Assembly: GCA_029979265.1 (NCBI GenBank)
Contig: JAPOHW010000002.1
Location: forward strand, 24,552-88,551
Direction: 5' to 3'
Source of the DNA: Actinomycetota bacterium
GTDB lineage: Bacteria; Actinomycetota; Acidimicrobiia; Acidimicrobiales; Aldehydirespiratoraceae
DNA length: 64,000 nt
Made by a program: the position numbers and the translations under genes. Positions 8,443-18,080 of this stretch are shown here, piece after piece. The notes below the pieces were generated by a model. The model was not told where the DNA came from and ran no database searches. It saw only the letters and a list, made by a program, of their open reading frames with translations. Position 1 is the stretch's first letter. The number at the start of each line of letters is the position of its first letter.

Positions 8443-9921
8443 TCAGCCCAACCGGCTCTGTGGCGCCCATGTGGCGTGCGTGCCGCTCGAGATGCGCTCG
8501 GGGAGCTGGACCCGGCAGATCGGCCCGGCCGCCGGATCGGCGGCGTCGAAGATCTCACAGTGCGACACGTCGTTCACGATGTCGGACGAGAACGTCACGA
8601 GATAGGCGTCATCCTCGGCCGTCGAACCACGTCGCGGCGCGACAACCGTCTCGGAGACAAAGGTTCCTGCCGGGGCCTCCCAGAGTTCCTCGACCCCGGA
8701 CTCCACGTCCTGCTTGACGAGGCCGTCGAACGCGAACAATCCATGTGTGCAACGGGCGCTGTAGCTGTATCGGTACGGACGACCCACGTGCTGCCCGTTG
8801 ATCATCGGGAACTCGAGGCACCGATCGCTCAGCGATTCCTCCGACGTTTCACCGGTCACGAGATTGAACCGCCAGCGATGATGGCGGGCCTGCAACACGT
8901 TGATGTCGAGCGTTTCGAACCCCTTGTGGTGCGGGTTGATCGATGCGCTGCGCTCGACACCCCGGGCGGTCGGGTTGTGCTGGAAGAAGCCGTCGAGCAC
9001 GACCTCGTCCCCGTCTTCATAGGCATTCGTCCAGTGCAGCACGAACGTCGGGTCGGCCTCGAACCACCGGATGTCGTCGGTGGTGCCGTGCCGGGGAACG
9101 ATTGCGAACCGACTCGGCAGATCGCGGCGAAACACGTTCGAGTAATAGCCGCTCGCCAAGGCGTCGGGGTCCCAGAACAGCGGAAGGTCGTTCAGGATCG
9201 AATAGTGCTCGGTGAACATCATGTCGTGGGGCAAACGCGGCCCTGGGAGGGGGATGTCGATATAGGTGGCGACGTGGCCAGCGGGGTCGATCACCCCGTA
9301 GTGCATGTAGGGCGCCTCGACCCCGTAGTTGAAGAACAGCAGTTCACCGGTGTGCTCGTCGACCCGCTTGTGGGCCGAAACACCCTCGTTCGGGAACCAG
9401 TCGTCCCAGCGGGTGGTTCCTTTCGTCTCGAGGGTGTGGGGGTCGAGTCGATAAAGCTCACCACACTGATAGAAGCTCGCCAGCGCCTCTCCCCGATGCA
9501 CCACGACGTCGGTGGACGCATTGTCCTTCATCATCGATCGGGCACCCCAACCATGATCGGCGAGCGCGTTCGACGGATGTTCGGTGATGCCCGCCCACAG
9601 CGATCGACCGGCTTCCTGCTCGGCGAGGAACCCTTCGGTGCGAACGAAACGGTTTGCGTACCGAGCCTCTCCCCCGCCGAACGAGATCGAATGCAGCATC
9701 GCATCGCCGTCGAACGGGTGGTAGCGCCGGATCGGTTCGTAGACGGCGGTTTCGGTGTTGCGAAGGTAGGTGCCAGCAAGATCGTGGGGGATCTCCCCTT
9801 CGACATCGAGATCCCATGCGTCGTACTCGCGATACTGCGGACGCCACACCCCTGTGCGGTACGGGTGATCGTCATCGGGCGGAAGCCCGCCATGCACCTC
9901 GTTGACCAACTGGACCTGCAT
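8443..9921 (-). CDS. Carotenoid cleavage oxygenase / lignostilbene dioxygenase family protein
   Basis: 492 aa. Four candidate iron-ligand His contexts: 'YHPFDGDAMLH', 'PHDMMFTEHY', 'VLHWTNAYE', 'SGTHATW'. Confidence 0.85.
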   Translation of the reverse strand: MQVQLVNEVHGGLPPDDDHPYRTGVWRPQYREYDAWDLDVEGEIPHDLAGTYLRNTETAVYEPIRRYHPFDGDAMLHSISFGGGEARYANRFVRTEGFLAEQEAGRSLWAGITEHPSNALADHGWGARSMMKDNASTDVVVHRGEALASFYQCGELYRLDPHTLETKGTTRWDDWFPNEGVSAHKRVDEHTGELLFFNYGVEAPYMHYGVIDPAGHVATYIDIPLPGPRLPHDMMFTEHYSILNDLPLFWDPDALASGYYSNVFRRDLPSRFAIVPRHGTTDDIRWFEADPTFVLHWTNAYEDGDEVVLDGFFQHNPTARGVERSASINPHHKGFETLDINVLQARHHRWRFNLVTGETSEESLSDRCLEFPMINGQHVGRPYRYSYSARCTHGLFAFDGLVKQDVESGVEELWEAPAGTFVSETVVAPRRGSTAEDDAYLVTFSSDIVNDVSHCEIFDAADPAAGPICRVQLPERISSGTHATWAPQSRLG

Positions 9922-9977
9922 ACCTCCCAGGTTTGCGCATGGAGACGAGCGGCGCCATCTCTGGCAGGCTGAACATC

Positions 9978-11576
9978 ATGAGCGAGCCAACCTCGATCGA
10001 TGATCTCGTCCGTCGCGCCGTTGCCGCCCGACCCGACGAGGCAGCCTTGGCCGATGCCCCCAACCGTGCGTCGGTCGACGGCGCCGATCCCGTGCGACTG
10101 ACGTGGTCGGAACTCGACGCCCGAATCGATGGTGCGGCAGCAGCTCTCACCGACCTCGGGGTGGGGCCTGGCGTGCCGGTCGGGATCCAGCTTGCGAACG
10201 TCGTGGAACTGCCGATCACGATTCTCGCCTGCTTCCGACTCGGTGCGGTGGCCGTCCCCTTTCCGATCCAGCATCGCGCCCACGAACTCCGCCACGGGAT
10301 CGAAACCGCCGGCTTCGACGTCTTCGTCACGACCGACCGACCCGACCGACCCGACCAGGTCGAGTCGGCCACCGCGACCCTGCGCCAGTACGGCCCGGTG
10401 GCGATGACACCACCGGCGACTGCGCCCGGACCTCCCGTCGAGTCCGCCGTCGTCGGTGCCGAGACCCGCGCCACGATCTGCTGGACATCGGGCACGACCG
10501 GCACGCCCAAAGGGGTCCCGCGAACCCATGGTCAGTGGATGGCATCGTCGAGTTTCCAGGTCAGCGAGCTGCGAATCGCAGCATCCGACCACATCCTGTG
10601 CCCGTTCCCGGTCGTGAACATGGCAGGAATCGGCGGGATGCTCGTACCGTGGGCCGAGGCCGGGGCGTTCCTGGCCCTCCATCAGCCGCTCGACCTCGAG
10701 GTGTTCCTCGGGCAACTCGTCAGCGAGCGAATCACCTACACCGTCGTGCCACCGGCTGCGCTGAACATGCTGTTGGGCAACACCGAGCTGCTCGACTCGC
10801 TCGACCTGTCCACCATCCGCACCATCTCGTCCGGTTCGGCACCGCTCGACCCATGGATGGTCGAAGGGTGGCAGGAGCGCGGCATCGAGATCGCCAACGT
10901 GTTCGGATCCAACGAGGGCGCTGCGCTGTTGTCGACGATGGCAGCTGTGCCCGACCCCACCGAACGGGCTCGGTACTTCCCGATCCCTGACCGACCGGGC
11001 GTCGAGACGAGGCTCGTCGACCTCGAGCACGAGGTGACGATCACCGAGGCCGGAACGGTCGGCGAGTTGCGCTTTCGCGGTATCACGGTGTTCGACGGCT
11101 ACGTGGGCAGCGATGGGGCCGAATTCGATGCCGACGGTTGGTACCGCACCGGCGATCTGTTCGAATACGTCGCCGACGACACCCCTCCCCGGTTGCTGAA
11201 GTTCGTCGATCGGGCCAAAGACATCATCATTCGCGGTGGGATGAACATCAGCGCCGCAGAGATCGAAGCGTTGGTTGCCGATCACCCGGCCATCGTGGAG
11301 TGTGCTGCGATCGGCTTCCCCCATCCCGACCTCGGCGAGAAGGTCGGCGTGTTCGCGGTCGCCGGCCCAGACGCCGACCGACCATCGCTCGACGAACTCG
11401 TTGCCCATCTGCGCGAGCATGAAATCGCCAGCTACAAGCTGCCCGAACGACTCGACTACCTCGACGCCCTGCCCCGCAATCCGGTGGGCAAGGTCGTCAA
11501 ACCCGAACTCCGTCAGATCTGGCGCGACCCAGCAACACCCGAGCGCCAGCCAACAACACAAGAGAGTGAACAGTGA
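9978..11576 (+). CDS. AMP-dependent acyl-CoA synthetase/ligase
   Basis: 'TSGTTGTPKGV' AMP-binding motif, 'WYRTGDL' and 'NPVGKVVK'. Start ATG 9978; an upstream ATG at 9933 is possible. Confidence 0.85.
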   Translation: MSEPTSIDDLVRRAVAARPDEAALADAPNRASVDGADPVRLTWSELDARIDGAAAALTDLGVGPGVPVGIQLANVVELPITILACFRLGAVAVPFPIQHRAHELRHGIETAGFDVFVTTDRPDRPDQVESATATLRQYGPVAMTPPATAPGPPVESAVVGAETRATICWTSGTTGTPKGVPRTHGQWMASSSFQVSELRIAASDHILCPFPVVNMAGIGGMLVPWAEAGAFLALHQPLDLEVFLGQLVSERITYTVVPPAALNMLLGNTELLDSLDLSTIRTISSGSAPLDPWMVEGWQERGIEIANVFGSNEGAALLSTMAAVPDPTERARYFPIPDRPGVETRLVDLEHEVTITEAGTVGELRFRGITVFDGYVGSDGAEFDADGWYRTGDLFEYVADDTPPRLLKFVDRAKDIIIRGGMNISAAEIEALVADHPAIVECAAIGFPHPDLGEKVGVFAVAGPDADRPSLDELVAHLREHEIASYKLPERLDYLDALPRNPVGKVVKPELRQIWRDPATPERQPTTQESEQ

Positions 11577-12784
11577 CTGCAATCCTCGGCGGCCATCAAA
11601 CCGACTTCGCCCGCAACATCGCGAAGCAGGATCTCGACGTCAGCGACCTCACGAAGGAAGCAATCGAGGCCACCCTTGCCGATGCCGGCGTCGACGCCAC
11701 CGACATCGAATCGATCCATGTCGGCAATGCGTTCGGCCAGCTCTACAACGGGCAGGGCCATCTCGGGGCGATGCCGGCGACCGTGCTCCCCGAGCTGTGG
11801 GGCGTGCCTGCGATGCGACACGAGGCAGCCTGCGCGTCGTCGTCGATGGCCACACTCGCCGCCATGGCCGAGATCGAGGCCGGGCGTTACGACTGCGTGC
11901 TCGTCCTCGGCATCGAGCAGGAGAAGAACATGCCGGGGGCGCAAGCTGCCTCTGTGCAGAGTGCGGCTGCCTGGGTCGGTCACGAGACCGAGGGAGTCGA
12001 GTTCTTCTGGCCCTACGCCTTCAACCGTGTTGCCGACGAATACGACCGGCGATACGGGATCAGCGACGAACATCTGCGGGCCATCGGCGAACTCAACCTT
12101 CGCAACGCCCAGGACAATCCGAATGCGCAGACCCGGATGTGGAAGCTGACCCCCGAATCCTTCAGCGACGACGACCATGCCAACCCGGTCGTGGAGGGCC
12201 GCCTCCGCCGCAACGACATCACGCAGATCACCGACGGCGCAGCCGGCATCGTCTTGGTGAGTGATCGCTGGCTCGAGGCGAGACACCGCACACCAAAGGC
12301 TCGGATCGTGGGCTGGGGTCACACCACCGTCGGCTTGCCGATCGACCAGAAGTTTGAGCGGAGCTCCGACAGCGAGTACGTCATGCCCCATGTGAGGAGG
12401 GCGATCACCGATGCGTTCGGGCGCGCCGGTATCAGCGGTCCCGAGGACCTCGATGCCATCGAGACCCACGACTGCATGACACCGTCGGAATACCTTGCGA
12501 TCGATCACTTCGGCATCACCGCTGCGGGAGAGTCGTTCAAGGCGGTCGAACAAGGCTGGCTCGAACGAGACGGCAAGATGCCGGTGAACGCCAGCGGGGG
12601 CCTCATCGGCGGTGGTCATCCCGTCGGCGCCACCGGTGCCCGCATGTTGGTCGACTCGATGAAACAGGTCACCGGAACTGCGGGTGGGTACCAGGTCGAC
12701 GGTGCGACGCGCGTCGCAACACTCAACATCGGCGGGTCCACTGCCACCACCGCTTCGTTCATCGTGGAGGGCGCAGCCGAGTGA
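11573..12784 (+). CDS. Thiolase-like protein (SCP-x / lipid-transfer type)
   Basis: GTGA overlap with the ligase. 'HEAACASSSMA' (active-site Cys context), 'NASGGLIGGGHPVGATG' and 'NIGGS'. Confidence 0.8.
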   Translation: MTAILGGHQTDFARNIAKQDLDVSDLTKEAIEATLADAGVDATDIESIHVGNAFGQLYNGQGHLGAMPATVLPELWGVPAMRHEAACASSSMATLAAMAEIEAGRYDCVLVLGIEQEKNMPGAQAASVQSAAAWVGHETEGVEFFWPYAFNRVADEYDRRYGISDEHLRAIGELNLRNAQDNPNAQTRMWKLTPESFSDDDHANPVVEGRLRRNDITQITDGAAGIVLVSDRWLEARHRTPKARIVGWGHTTVGLPIDQKFERSSDSEYVMPHVRRAITDAFGRAGISGPEDLDAIETHDCMTPSEYLAIDHFGITAAGESFKAVEQGWLERDGKMPVNASGGLIGGGHPVGATGARMLVDSMKQVTGTAGGYQVDGATRVATLNIGGSTATTASFIVEGAAE

Positions 12785-13656
12785 ACACACCCGACTTCGA
12801 CAACATCGTCCTCGAGATCGACGACGGCATCGCCACAGTCACCCTGCACCGGCCCGACAAGCTCAATGCCATGAACGAGCCGATGCGCCGCGAGTTGATG
12901 GCCGCGCTCGACCACACCGATGCCGACGATGATGTCCGGGCCGTGATCTGGACCGGGGCAGGCCGCGGCTACTGCGCCGGTGCCGATCTCTCCGGTGGGA
13001 GCGGCACGTTCGACTACTCGGCACGCATCGGCGACGGGGCCGCTGAGCCGACGGTGCAACGAGACGGTGGGGGCCAGCTGGCGCTGCGTATCTACGAATC
13101 GATCAAGCCGATCATCGGTGCGATCAACGGCGCCGCAGTGGGGGTCGGGGTCACCATGACGCTGCCGATGGACATCCGACTGGCCTCGACCGAGGCGAAG
13201 TTCGGATTCGTGTTCGCTCGTCGCGGCATCGTGCCCGAGGCATGCTCGAGCTGGTTCCTCCCCCGCATCGTGGGGATCAGCCGTGCGCTCGAATGGACCT
13301 ACAGCGGACGGGTGTTCTCCGCTTCGGAAGCCCTCGATGCCGGACTGGTGCGCAGTCTCCACGCCCCCGACGATCTCCTCCCTGCCGCCCGCGAACTCGC
13401 CCGGGTCTTCACCGAGGAGACATCCCCGTTGTCGGTGTCGACCACCCGTCAAATGCTGTGGCGCATGCTGGGCGCCGATCACCCGATGGAGGCCCACAAG
13501 GTCGACAGCCGAATGGTGCAGGAGCTCGGGGCCGGGCCCGATGCGGCCGAAGGCGTCGCGAGCTTCCTGGAAAAGCGTCCTGCGCACTTCGAGGGCAAGC
13601 CGAGCAGCGAGCTCCCGCCCAGCATGCCGTGGTGGGACGAGCGGCCGTTCGAGTGA
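12781..13656 (+). CDS. Enoyl-CoA hydratase/isomerase (crotonase) family protein
   Basis: GTGA overlap with the thiolase. 'ATVTLHRPDKLNAM', 'GAGRGYCAGADL', 'AINGAAVGVGVTM'. Confidence 0.85.
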   Translation: MNTPDFDNIVLEIDDGIATVTLHRPDKLNAMNEPMRRELMAALDHTDADDDVRAVIWTGAGRGYCAGADLSGGSGTFDYSARIGDGAAEPTVQRDGGGQLALRIYESIKPIIGAINGAAVGVGVTMTLPMDIRLASTEAKFGFVFARRGIVPEACSSWFLPRIVGISRALEWTYSGRVFSASEALDAGLVRSLHAPDDLLPAARELARVFTEETSPLSVSTTRQMLWRMLGADHPMEAHKVDSRMVQELGAGPDAAEGVASFLEKRPAHFEGKPSSELPPSMPWWDERPFE

Positions 13657-13694
13657 CCTTCGACAACAACGAACTTACGGCGTAAGCTGACGTC

Positions 13695-14627
13695 ATGTCA
13701 GATACCGCCGACCAGCTCCGGATCGAACGTCGAGACGAACGGCGCACGGTTGCGCCCTACCGCGGTGGCATCGCCGTACGACTGATCGTCACCTGGATGT
13801 TCTTCATCGCAGCCTGGGTAGCCCTCGTGATCGCCACGACCGCCGGTCCTGTTCCTCTGTGGCTGGGCGCACTCGGGAGTTTCGTGATTTCGACCACGTT
13901 CTACATGCCATTGCACGAGGCGACCCACGGCAATGTCTGGGGTGACGTTTCGACGGCCCGCTGGGGTGAAGAGGTCGTCGGCATGACCTCGTCGTTCTGG
14001 GTCGGGTTTTCCTATCGGGGGCACCGGATCTCCCACATGAAACACCACGCCTTCACCAACGACCCTGCGAAGGACCCCGACTTCTTCGTCCACGGCTCCA
14101 AACTCGAGTTGCTGCCCAAGCTCTACGCCGGGACCCTCGTCAACACATTTCTGCCGCTGTTCGCCTTCGTTCCAGCAGCCCGAATGCTTCTCCCGAGCGT
14201 GATCAAACAAGACGGAGCTCGCCTCGAACGCAGCCCCGCCGAAAACCGCTACACGTTTCGCTTCTGGCTGCTGCGCACCCTTGCGTTGATTGGAGCGTTC
14301 ATCATGGGCGTTGGTTGGGAAGCCCTGTGGCTGTGGTTCGTTCCGAGCGCATTCGTGATCTGGTGGCTCGCGTTCATCTTCGCCTGGTATCCGCATCACC
14401 CCGCCGAGGGGCAGGTCGGCCGCTACGTCGACACGCGGGTTGCGACATTCCCCGGGTCCACGATCATCATTCGCGGCCACGATCACCACGCACTCCACCA
14501 TCTCTTCCCTCGCGTCGTGCACTACAAGTTGCCGAAACTGTGGAAGGAGATCGGTCCCGAGTTGACTGCGAAAGGTGTCCGCACCGAGGGCACGGCACTC
14601 GGCGCCACCGGCCCAATCGTCTGGTAG
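13695..14627 (+). CDS. Membrane fatty-acid-desaturase-family protein
   Basis: Three His boxes 'HEATHG', 'HRISHMKHH' and 'HHALHH', plus hydrophobic segments. Confidence 0.8.
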   Translation: MSDTADQLRIERRDERRTVAPYRGGIAVRLIVTWMFFIAAWVALVIATTAGPVPLWLGALGSFVISTTFYMPLHEATHGNVWGDVSTARWGEEVVGMTSSFWVGFSYRGHRISHMKHHAFTNDPAKDPDFFVHGSKLELLPKLYAGTLVNTFLPLFAFVPAARMLLPSVIKQDGARLERSPAENRYTFRFWLLRTLALIGAFIMGVGWEALWLWFVPSAFVIWWLAFIFAWYPHHPAEGQVGRYVDTRVATFPGSTIIIRGHDHHALHHLFPRVVHYKLPKLWKEIGPELTAKGVRTEGTALGATGPIVW

Positions 14628-14630
14628 CGC

Positions 14631-16142
14631 TCAGTCCTCGAGGTGCAGGGCCGCACCGCGGGCGGCGCCTTGGCGAACATTGATGATCTGGACAGACACG
14701 GCGTTGTCGGTGGTACCGATCTCCTCGACGAGTCGGCGCAGCGCCGCTGCGGCCGAGTAGTCCAGGCGGCCGACGCCACCCAGATCGAGGACCACCGACA
14801 CGATGTCGGGATGCTCGGCGATCTCGCTGCGAATGAGCCGTTCAATGTTGGGAATCGTGGCGAACCACAACACCCCTTCCGGGGCGACGGTGAGCACATC
14901 ACCCGTGCGCGAGCTCGGCGTGGTGACCCGAAGCTCGCGGTAGAGATGACTCCCGAGCGCAAGCGCAACACCGACAAGGACCCCGCGCTCGACCCGAGGA
15001 GCAGAGACCAACGTGGCGACCAGTGTGCCGACACCGACCGCGGCCTGCAGCAGGTTGCGTTGGACCAGTCGCACCAGTTCGCCGAGTGCCACCAGCTTGA
15101 TCACTGCTCCCAGCACGATCGCTCCGAGAATCGCACCCGGAAGGTTTTCGAGCAGAGGGGTGAGCGGCAGCGCAAGCATCACGAACGCTCCGGTGATCGC
15201 ACCGGCCCAGGCACTGTTCGCGCCGGCCAGTCGGTTCAGCGAGCTTCGGCTGAACGAACCACCAACCGGAAACGCACCCGAGACAGCCGACGCAAGGTTC
15301 GCAACGCCCTGTGAAACCATCTCGCGGTTGGCGTCCCACGGCTCGCGTTCTTCAGCTGCGAACGTTCGGGCGATCGATGACGGCTCGGCGAAGCCCACAA
15401 GTGCAATGACGAGTGCCGGGAGGACGAGATCGCCGACCTGGTCCCACGGAAAGTCGAAGGTCAGCGAGACGAACCCACCGTCGAGTTCGCCGACCACCGT
15501 CCCCGAATAGTCCGCTACCCCCGAAACGACCACCCCGACGATGACGGCAACGAGGACACCTGGGAACAGCTTGTGGAGTCGTCGACCCCCGAACATGCAC
15601 ACAAGGGTCAACAGGGAAAAACCGATCGCTCCGGCCTGCCATTCGTCGGGAGAGGTGATGGCCTGCCAGGCATCGACCAGCACACCGTCACCATCGGTAG
15701 CGACGTCGAAGATCTTCGGCAGCTGACTCGAGAGGATCAAGATCGCCGCCCCGGTGGTGAATCCGGTCAGCACCGGTTCCGACAGCAGATACGCGACCCC
15801 ACCCATGCGCAACAGGCCGAGCGCCACACGGAACCCACCGACGAGCAACGCCAGCAGTGCCGCCAACTCGATGTACTGGCCGGACTCGGGTGTCGCAAGG
15901 GGTTCGAGCGCACCGAACGCCAACAATGCGGTCAGTGCAACCGGCCCCGTCTGCAGATACCGAGACGAGACGAACACCGCGGCCAGAATCGGCGGCAGGG
16001 CCGATGCGAACAAGCCGTACTGGGGAGGCATGCCGGCAATCTCGGCGTAGGCGAGTGACTGCGGCAGCGCGACCAGAGCGACCGAAATCCCGGCAACGAG
16101 ATCACCCGAGCTCGGCTTCGGCACCGTCGTCAAACCCTTCAT
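14631..16142 (-). CDS. SulP-family anion permease with C-terminal STAS domain
   Basis: 503 aa. 'GISVALVALPQSLAYAEIAGMPPQYGLF' SulP signature, multiple TM segments and a STAS-like C-terminus. Confidence 0.85.
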   Translation of the reverse strand: MKGLTTVPKPSSGDLVAGISVALVALPQSLAYAEIAGMPPQYGLFASALPPILAAVFVSSRYLQTGPVALTALLAFGALEPLATPESGQYIELAALLALLVGGFRVALGLLRMGGVAYLLSEPVLTGFTTGAAILILSSQLPKIFDVATDGDGVLVDAWQAITSPDEWQAGAIGFSLLTLVCMFGGRRLHKLFPGVLVAVIVGVVVSGVADYSGTVVGELDGGFVSLTFDFPWDQVGDLVLPALVIALVGFAEPSSIARTFAAEEREPWDANREMVSQGVANLASAVSGAFPVGGSFSRSSLNRLAGANSAWAGAITGAFVMLALPLTPLLENLPGAILGAIVLGAVIKLVALGELVRLVQRNLLQAAVGVGTLVATLVSAPRVERGVLVGVALALGSHLYRELRVTTPSSRTGDVLTVAPEGVLWFATIPNIERLIRSEIAEHPDIVSVVLDLGGVGRLDYSAAAALRRLVEEIGTTDNAVSVQIINVRQGAARGAALHLED

Positions 16143-16231
16143 CGTCGGTCAGGCTAGGCGTCTGGCTGCAGCCACGCCGACGCACGACTCGATCTGGCCG
16201 CGATTTCGTCGACCCTCCCCAGCTGACCTGT

Positions 16232-16477
16232 TCAACCGGGTGGTTCGATCCATTCGTCGGTGCGGGTGTCGCGCCACAACGTGACCCAACGGCGACATCC
16301 CGACAGGTGGAACCACGCCTCGCGAACCGCGCCATGGACGTTGGTGTGCATGTAGCCGCGATCGACGTCACGCCGATCGGGATCGACGATCGTGTCGGGC
16401 ACGGTGGGGATCTCGCCGTGAACCCATTCCTCGATCGAGCGCAGGCCGCAGTGCGGGCAGGGGACACGCATGCTCAT
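16232..16477 (-). CDS. soxD: Sarcosine oxidase delta-subunit-like zinc protein
   Basis: 81 aa, 'MSMRVPCPHCGLRSIEEWVHGE...'. Its ATG overlaps the soxB stop by 1 nt. Confidence 0.75.
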   Translation of the reverse strand: MSMRVPCPHCGLRSIEEWVHGEIPTVPDTIVDPDRRDVDRGYMHTNVHGAVREAWFHLSGCRRWVTLWRDTRTDEWIEPPG

Positions 16478-17685
16478 CAGTGCGTACCCGACGAGCCACG
16501 ATCGGCGAGCGTTCGGTCGCGTTCGAACCGATCGAGCGAGAACGGCGCCATCAGTTCTGGCGCCACACCGGTCGCGATGTGTTCCGCCATACATTCGCCA
16601 CCCGCCGGAATTGCCTTGAACCCCCACGTTCCCCAACCGGTGGTGACCAGGAAGCCATCGACCCCGGTGTCGCCCATGATCGGGGAGTAGTCGGGTGACA
16701 TGTCACAACTCCCGGTCCATTGCCGAAGCACCCGCAGGTTGCGCATGAAGGGCAGAACGGTGATGGCTCGATGCGACAACGAGGCCAGCAGCTCATACGT
16801 GGAGCCTCGGGAATAGCTGGGCTGCCGATCGATCTCGGCTCCGAGGAGCATCTGGCCGCGTGCCGTCTGTGAGACGTAGAACCCGAGATCTCCGGAGGCG
16901 ACGATCGGGTCGAATCGGCGCTGGTACCGGTTGGTCACGAACGCTTGGAGCGGATGCGTCTTGATCGGCAATCGCACGCCCGCCATGTCGGCCAGCAACG
17001 TGGCGTTGCCGCCGACCGCCGACACGACGGTGCCGGCCGCAACCCGTCCTGCCGGTGTCTCGACACCGACGATGCGTCCGTGTTCGTGGATGAGCCCTGT
17101 CACCGCCGTGTGGGGCGCAACATGTACCCCACAACGCATCGCTCCTTCGGCAAGGGCCCACACGACACGATCGTGTCGTGCGGTGGCCCCCTGGTGGAAC
17201 GACGCTCCCATGACCGCAGGAAACCCGCCGCCACAGGCCAGATCGATCTCGGGACACGTCGTCGCGATCTCGTCCGGTTCGAGGTAAACGGTCTCGGCCC
17301 CGAACGCCTGGTTCACGGCAGCACGCGCTCGCTCCCGACGCACACCCGCCTCGGAATGTGCCATCCACAGCAACCCTTTCCGATCGTGCATCATCGACCG
17401 ACCCGTTTCCTCCTCGAGCCGTCGATACCGCTCGAGGGAGTGCTGGTAGAACCGCACCGCCTCCGGGATGCCGTAGTTGGCGCGAATGACGGTGGTGTTG
17501 CGCCCGCTGTTGCCACCACCGATGTAGCCAGCGTCGAGAACGAGCACTCGGGTGATGTCGTGGCGAGTTGCCAGATGGTACGCCGTCGAGAGTCCATGTC
17601 CGCCGCCCCCGACGATGACGACGTCGTAGCTCGCCTCCGGCTCGTTCCACCGGAGCGTGATCTCGGCCTCAGGATGCTCGTTCAC
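16477..17685 (-). CDS. soxB: Sarcosine oxidase beta-subunit-like FAD oxidoreductase
   Basis: GTG start gives a GTGA overlap with the upstream gene. 'YDVVIVGGGGHGLSTAYHLA' dinucleotide fold. DAO-family layout. Confidence 0.8.
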   Translation of the reverse strand: MNEHPEAEITLRWNEPEASYDVVIVGGGGHGLSTAYHLATRHDITRVLVLDAGYIGGGNSGRNTTVIRANYGIPEAVRFYQHSLERYRRLEEETGRSMMHDRKGLLWMAHSEAGVRRERARAAVNQAFGAETVYLEPDEIATTCPEIDLACGGGFPAVMGASFHQGATARHDRVVWALAEGAMRCGVHVAPHTAVTGLIHEHGRIVGVETPAGRVAAGTVVSAVGGNATLLADMAGVRLPIKTHPLQAFVTNRYQRRFDPIVASGDLGFYVSQTARGQMLLGAEIDRQPSYSRGSTYELLASLSHRAITVLPFMRNLRVLRQWTGSCDMSPDYSPIMGDTGVDGFLVTTGWGTWGFKAIPAGGECMAEHIATGVAPELMAPFSLDRFERDRTLADRGSSGTH

Positions 17686-18080
17686 GTCAGCACTCCCCCG
17701 AGTCGATCCTCGAAGTCGCTGGCCAACCCAGCCGGGACGACCACGCTCCAACAGTCAGCCTCGACGAACACCTTCGCCGGAATACCGGCGATGGCCCCCT
17801 GACCGAACCCGAGTGAGGGTGGCGGCCACGTCGCTGCCCCCTCGAAGAGTTGCGCCCCGACATCGGGCGACAGGGTGAAACGCACCCAACCGGTGTCGGG
17901 GAACACGATTGCGTGTGGCTCGGGAGCGGTTGCGTCGAGCACGTCGAGCAGCAACACCTCATCGGGGGCAAGTCGCATCTCGGTTGCGTCGGCGGGCCAG
18001 GTCGCAGCGTCGAGCGCCTCGGGAACAGCCACGACCCGCACGGCAGCGACGAGTTCGCCGGCGACGACGAACTCAGCCAC
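17682..18080 (-). CDS. soxG: Putative sarcosine oxidase gamma-subunit-like protein (short, 132 aa)
   Basis: Assigned mainly from its position between the alpha and beta genes. The GTG start overlaps the soxA stop by 8 nt. Only weak resemblance to the SoxG C-terminal half. Confidence 0.45.
   Translation of the reverse strand: MAEFVVAGELVAAVRVVAVPEALDAATWPADATEMRLAPDEVLLLDVLDATAPEPHAIVFPDTGWVRFTLSPDVGAQLFEGAATWPPPSLGFGQGAIAGIPAKVFVEADCWSVVVPAGLASDFEDRLGGVLT

Noticed and set aside
10331-10356. Short tandem 'CGACCCGAC' repeat inside the acyl-CoA ligase gene
   Set aside because: Only two full units, in frame (RPD-RPD), within a GC-rich coding region. This is trivial micro-repeat level.
9531-11582. 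683-aa minus-strand ORF
   Set aside because: Antisense shadow of the acyl-CoA ligase (9978-11576), with a low-complexity Arg/Gly-rich translation.
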